Shown here: positions 34,138 to 37,194 of the stretch, in pieces
Position numbering within the stretch: the stretch's first letter is position 1
Layout of the letters: every line of letters starts with the position of its first letter
Source of the DNA: Actinomycetales bacterium
GTDB lineage: Bacteria > Actinomycetota > Actinomycetes > Actinomycetales > CAVURS01
Length of the DNA: 37,194 nucleotides
Direction of reading: 5' to 3'
NCBI GenBank assembly: GCA_045807245.1
Contig: JBJMHS010000065.1
Coordinates: 1 to 37,194, forward strand
Notes under the pieces: model-generated
The model's database searches: none
What the model saw: the letters and a program-made list of their open reading frames with translations, nothing else
Told to the model about the DNA's origin: nothing
Made by a program: the position numbers and the translations under genes

Positions 34138-35163
34138 CTAAGTCGCGGCCGACACGACCTCGGGCTCGAGCAGGTGCCGCAGCGCTTCGGTCCACAGCAG
34201 CAACGGTGTCCCGCTGGCCAGCACACGGGCCCGGGCATCCGCGACCGCCTCCACGAGGACCGGCGCCGTGGTGTCGACCCAGCGCGCCGCCAGCTCGGCC
34301 AGACCGCTGTCGCGCAGCGAGCCAAGGCCCCAGCGGCGGTGCAGCCCGTAGGTCAGCGGGGAGAGCCAGCCGTCCGGCTCCACCACGAGGGACGGCAGCC
34401 AGGAGCCCAGCTGGGCCGGCGGGTCACCGGTCGCAACCGCAGCGCCGTACGACGCCGGGTGGGCGGCGAGCTCGTCCCGCCGCGTGACGTCGACCAGCAC
34501 CCGGAGCTGCGGCGGAGCGGTCGCGGCCGCCGCGAGCAGCGCGACCGCCAGCTCGACGACGTCCGGGCGCGCCCCGGGCAGCTCGTCGAGGGCGCGGCCC
34601 TGGCCATCCAGCGGATGCACCTGCAGCTGGGCGGCTCCCTCGGCGACGGCGAAGTCGATCAGCCAGTCCAGCTCGTGCACGTTGTGCTGGGTGAGCGTGG
34701 TGATGAAGCCGAACCGCACGCCCGCCGAGCGAAGGTGAGCGAGCCGTGAACGCATCACGTCGAAGGCACCCCGACGGCCACGCATCAGGTCGTGCGAGCC
34801 GGGCCTCCCGTCTACGGACACCGCTACCAGGTCGGTCACGGGCGCCAGCTCGGCGACCCGCCGAGCAGACAGGCCGAGAGCGTTGGTGGTGAACGCGGTC
34901 CGAAGCCCGGCGCGCTGCCCGGCCGCCAGCAGTGCGGCCAGACCGGGGTACAGAAGCGGCTCACCGCCGGAGATGGAGAGCGTCCCGAACCCCAGTCCCG
35001 CCGCCTCACGGACCGCCTGCTCCAGCACGTCCGCCGGCAGCGCGTCGCGCTGGTCCGGGCCGGACGAGGTGTAGCAGTGGCGGCACTGCAGCTGGCACCA
35101 CCGGCTGGGGTGGACCTGCAGGTCGCTGGGCCCGCTCGGCGGCGAGACCGGGGAGGTGCTCAC
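34138..35163 (-). CDS. Radical SAM protein of unknown function
   Basis: WCQLQCRHCY (CxxxCxxC), ISGGEPLL, FTTNA, VSVDG...HDLMRG...AF; C-terminal LVVEPDGWLSPL resembles a SPASM/twitch hairpin without Cys. Confidence 0.93.
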   Translation of the reverse strand: MSTSPVSPPSGPSDLQVHPSRWCQLQCRHCYTSSGPDQRDALPADVLEQAVREAAGLGFGTLSISGGEPLLYPGLAALLAAGQRAGLRTAFTTNALGLSARRVAELAPVTDLVAVSVDGRPGSHDLMRGRRGAFDVMRSRLAHLRSAGVRFGFITTLTQHNVHELDWLIDFAVAEGAAQLQVHPLDGQGRALDELPGARPDVVELAVALLAAAATAPPQLRVLVDVTRRDELAAHPASYGAAVATGDPPAQLGSWLPSLVVEPDGWLSPLTYGLHRRWGLGSLRDSGLAELAARWVDTTAPVLVEAVADARARVLASGTPLLLWTEALRHLLEPEVVSAAT

Positions 35164-35170
35164 CGACGGC

Positions 35171-35614
35171 TCACCGGCGGCCGAGCACTTCGAGGGCGCT
35201 GATGCGGTACTGCGGGATGACCGCGTCCCACGCGTTCGCCGGGAGCACCCCGAGCGAGGCCAGGACGGTCAGCCGCTCGAACGCCGGCTGGCCGTTCTTG
35301 ATGACGACCGGTGGCTGCCAGTCGATGCCGCCGAGCTTGCGCAGCAAGGCGATGAGCCACTGGAGGTCGTTGCCGCACTGCGGGCCGTCGTCCCCGTCGT
35401 AGTGCAGGGCCAGACCCAGGCCGCTCGGCTGGTCGCCGCCGGTGATGACGACGTGGCCGACCTTGGCGGGCGACTCGTCCAGGTGGGCGGCGATCTCCTT
35501 GATGTCGCTGTCGGTGACGACGTGGCGGGACCTGGTGTCCCAGGCCTCGAGCAGGCGGGTGGACCCGCGGACGTCATCGGGGGAGCCTTCGCTGAAGGCC
35601 GGCAAGTCAGTCAT
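35171..35614 (-). CDS. Hypothetical 147-aa protein, putative radical SAM partner or substrate
   Basis: ATG35614 with GAGAGAAGGA RBS; GC-rich third codon positions; stop 7 nt before the radical SAM GTG; single Cys in YDGDDGPQCGND. Confidence 0.85.
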   Translation of the reverse strand: MTDLPAFSEGSPDDVRGSTRLLEAWDTRSRHVVTDSDIKEIAAHLDESPAKVGHVVITGGDQPSGLGLALHYDGDDGPQCGNDLQWLIALLRKLGGIDWQPPVVIKNGQPAFERLTVLASLGVLPANAWDAVIPQYRISALEVLGRR

Positions 35615-35750
35615 GGCAGTCCTTCTCTCGTTCGTGCAGTGGCGGCCGGGCGACACGAGGAGGGCGCTTCGGGCTGGGCTGATACGCGAGAGCGCAGGCT
35701 CCAACACGGAGCGTGAGCGTGACTTAGGCCACCCTTCGTTGCACTCCTGA

Positions 35751-35782
35751 GGAATTAGGTCACACTGGTGTTGTGAATTTCC
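35751..35782 (+). promoter_or_regulatory. suf promoter/operator: inverted repeat over the -10 and sufR start
   Basis: GGAATT-aggTCACA-ctggtgt-TGTGA-ATTTCC; CACACT -10 at 35761-35766, 6 nt before GTG35773; resembles the mycobacterial sufR autoregulatory site. Confidence 0.65.
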
Positions 35783-36513
35783 CCGCCGGTTCCCTGGCCC
35801 CGCTCAGCGCGGGTGCCGCACCGGTCGCGACCCCGCACGACGACTCCACCCGCCAGCGGGTGGCCCGGGCCGTGTCCGAGCTCGGTCCGGTCACCGCCAG
35901 CGACCTGGCCGTCAGCCTCGGCCTGACCAGCGCGGCGGTCCGGCGTCACCTCGACAACCTCGAGGCCGACGCGCTGGTGCGTCCGCTCGAGTCGGTGGCC
36001 GTGGGGCGGCGCGGGCGCGGCCGCCCGGCACGGGCCTACGTGCTGACCGACGCGGGTCATGCCGCCCTGTCCACCGAGTACGACGACCTGGCCGCCTCCG
36101 CGCTCCGCTTCCTCGCCCAGGAGGCCGGTGCCGACGCGGTCGAGCGGTTCGCCGAGGCGCGGGTGCGCGAGCTCGAGGCGCGGTACGCGCCGGGTGTCGA
36201 GGCCGCCGGGCCGGACATCACCGCCCGCACCGAGGCGCTCGTCACCGCGCTGTCCGCGGACGGGTACGCCGCCAGCGCCCGGCCGATGGGGCCGGGCGGC
36301 GTCCAGCTGTGCCAGGGCCACTGCCCGGTGCAGCACGTCGCCTCGGCCTTCCCGCAGCTGTGCGAGGCCGAGACCGAGGTGTTCGCGCGGCTGCTCGGCG
36401 GGCATGTCCAGCGCCTCGCGACGCTTGCCCATGGTGAGCACGTCTGCACCACCTTCGTCCCCACAGCATCCGTTCGAACGACAGCAGGGAAGGACAGCGA
36501 TGACCACCGCTGA
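35773..36513 (+). CDS. sufR: SufR, Fe-S cluster biogenesis transcriptional regulator
   Basis: HTH ([26 protein letters not shown]), GRGRPARAY wing, LCQGHCPV...PQLCEAE...HVCTT Cys pattern; directly upstream of sufB. Confidence 0.93.
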   Translation: MNFPAGSLAPLSAGAAPVATPHDDSTRQRVARAVSELGPVTASDLAVSLGLTSAAVRRHLDNLEADALVRPLESVAVGRRGRGRPARAYVLTDAGHAALSTEYDDLAASALRFLAQEAGADAVERFAEARVRELEARYAPGVEAAGPDITARTEALVTALSADGYAASARPMGPGGVQLCQGHCPVQHVASAFPQLCEAETEVFARLLGGHVQRLATLAHGEHVCTTFVPTASVRTTAGKDSDDHR

Positions 36514-37194
36514 CATCGAGGCCCGGAACCCCCAGCTCCAGGGCATCGGGACATACGAGTACGGCTGGGCCGACAGTGACGAGGCTGGTCTGTCCGCTCG
36601 ACGCGGCCTGTCCGAGGACGTCGTCCGCGACATCTCGACCCGCAAGAACGAGCCGGAGTGGATGCTCAAGAACCGGCTGAAGGGGCTGCGCCTGTTCGGC
36701 AAGAAGCCGATGCCGTCCTGGGGCTCGGACCTGTCCGGCATCGACTTCGACAACATCAAGTACTTCGTCCGGTCCAGCGAGAAGCAGGCCGCCTCGTGGG
36801 AGGACCTGCCCGAGGACATCAAGAACACCTACGACAAGCTCGGCATCCCCGAGGCGGAGAAGCAGCGCCTCGTCGCCGGTGTCGCGGCCCAGTACGAGTC
36901 CGAGGTCGTCTACCACCAGATCCGCGAGGACCTGGAGGCCCAGGGCGTGGTCTTCCTGGACACCGACACCGGCCTGCGCGAGCACCCGGAGCTGTTCAAG
37001 GAGTACTTCGGCTCGGTGATCCCGGTCGGGGACAACAAGTTCGCCGCCCTGAACACCGCGGTGTGGTCCGGTGGGTCGTTCATCTACGTGCCACCCGGCG
37101 TGCACGTTGACATCCCGCTGCAGGCCTACTTCCGGATCAACACCGAGAACATGGGCCAGTTCGAGCGCACATTGATTATCGTCGACGAGGGCGC
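36500..37194 (+). CDS. sufB: Fe-S cluster assembly protein SufB, 3' truncated by the window edge
   Basis: Not in the ORF track (no stop in window). ATG36500 after [82 protein letters not shown]. Confidence 0.98.
   Translation, partial: MTTADIEARNPQLQGIGTYEYGWADSDEAGLSARRGLSEDVVRDISTRKNEPEWMLKNRLKGLRLFGKKPMPSWGSDLSGIDFDNIKYFVRSSEKQAASWEDLPEDIKNTYDKLGIPEAEKQRLVAGVAAQYESEVVYHQIREDLEAQGVVFLDTDTGLREHPELFKEYFGSVIPVGDNKFAALNTAVWSGGSFIYVPPGVHVDIPLQAYFRINTENMGQFERTLIIVDEG

Noticed and set aside
34138..35163. Assigning the radical SAM as PqqE, MftC or NirJ/Ahb
   Set aside because: No Cys-rich SPASM domain, no PqqD/MftB chaperone, no recognisable precursor peptide or heme d1/siroheme pathway genes in the window.

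Overview
High-GC actinobacterial chromosome segment, mostly conserved core synteny: 3' part of rpsA, coaE, uvrB, terC (behind a yybP-ykoY riboswitch), MBL-fold hydrolase and mycothiol-dependent MDMPI enzyme divergent from uvrA, a Rieske lipoprotein, uvrC-rapZ-yvcK-whiA, gap-pgk-tpiA-secG-rbpA, the reverse-strand tkt-tal-pgi-zwf-opcA-pgl operon, ctaB versus ctaA plus an ABC-2 transporter, then sufR and the start of sufB. Accessory inserts: a secreted M36/M4-like metalloprotease (900-2372); an MmcQ/YjbR gene coupled to uvrB; a processive GT2 glycosyltransferase followed by a 55-aa ORF that is almost only an LAFTG sortase sorting signal (5579-6939); and a two-gene cassette of a 147-aa unknown protein with one Cys in YDGDDGPQCGND plus a radical SAM enzyme whose SPASM/twitch-like region has no Cys, divergent from sufR (34138-35614). 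The last two are the best candidates for undescribed systems. Also seen: PafBC-type (RecA-NDp) promoters at uvrB, uvrA and uvrC, many apparently leaderless genes, and a probable CTG start for the Rieske gene. No tRNA, rRNA, CRISPR array or mobile element was recognised. All calls are from reading motifs by eye; no database search was run.
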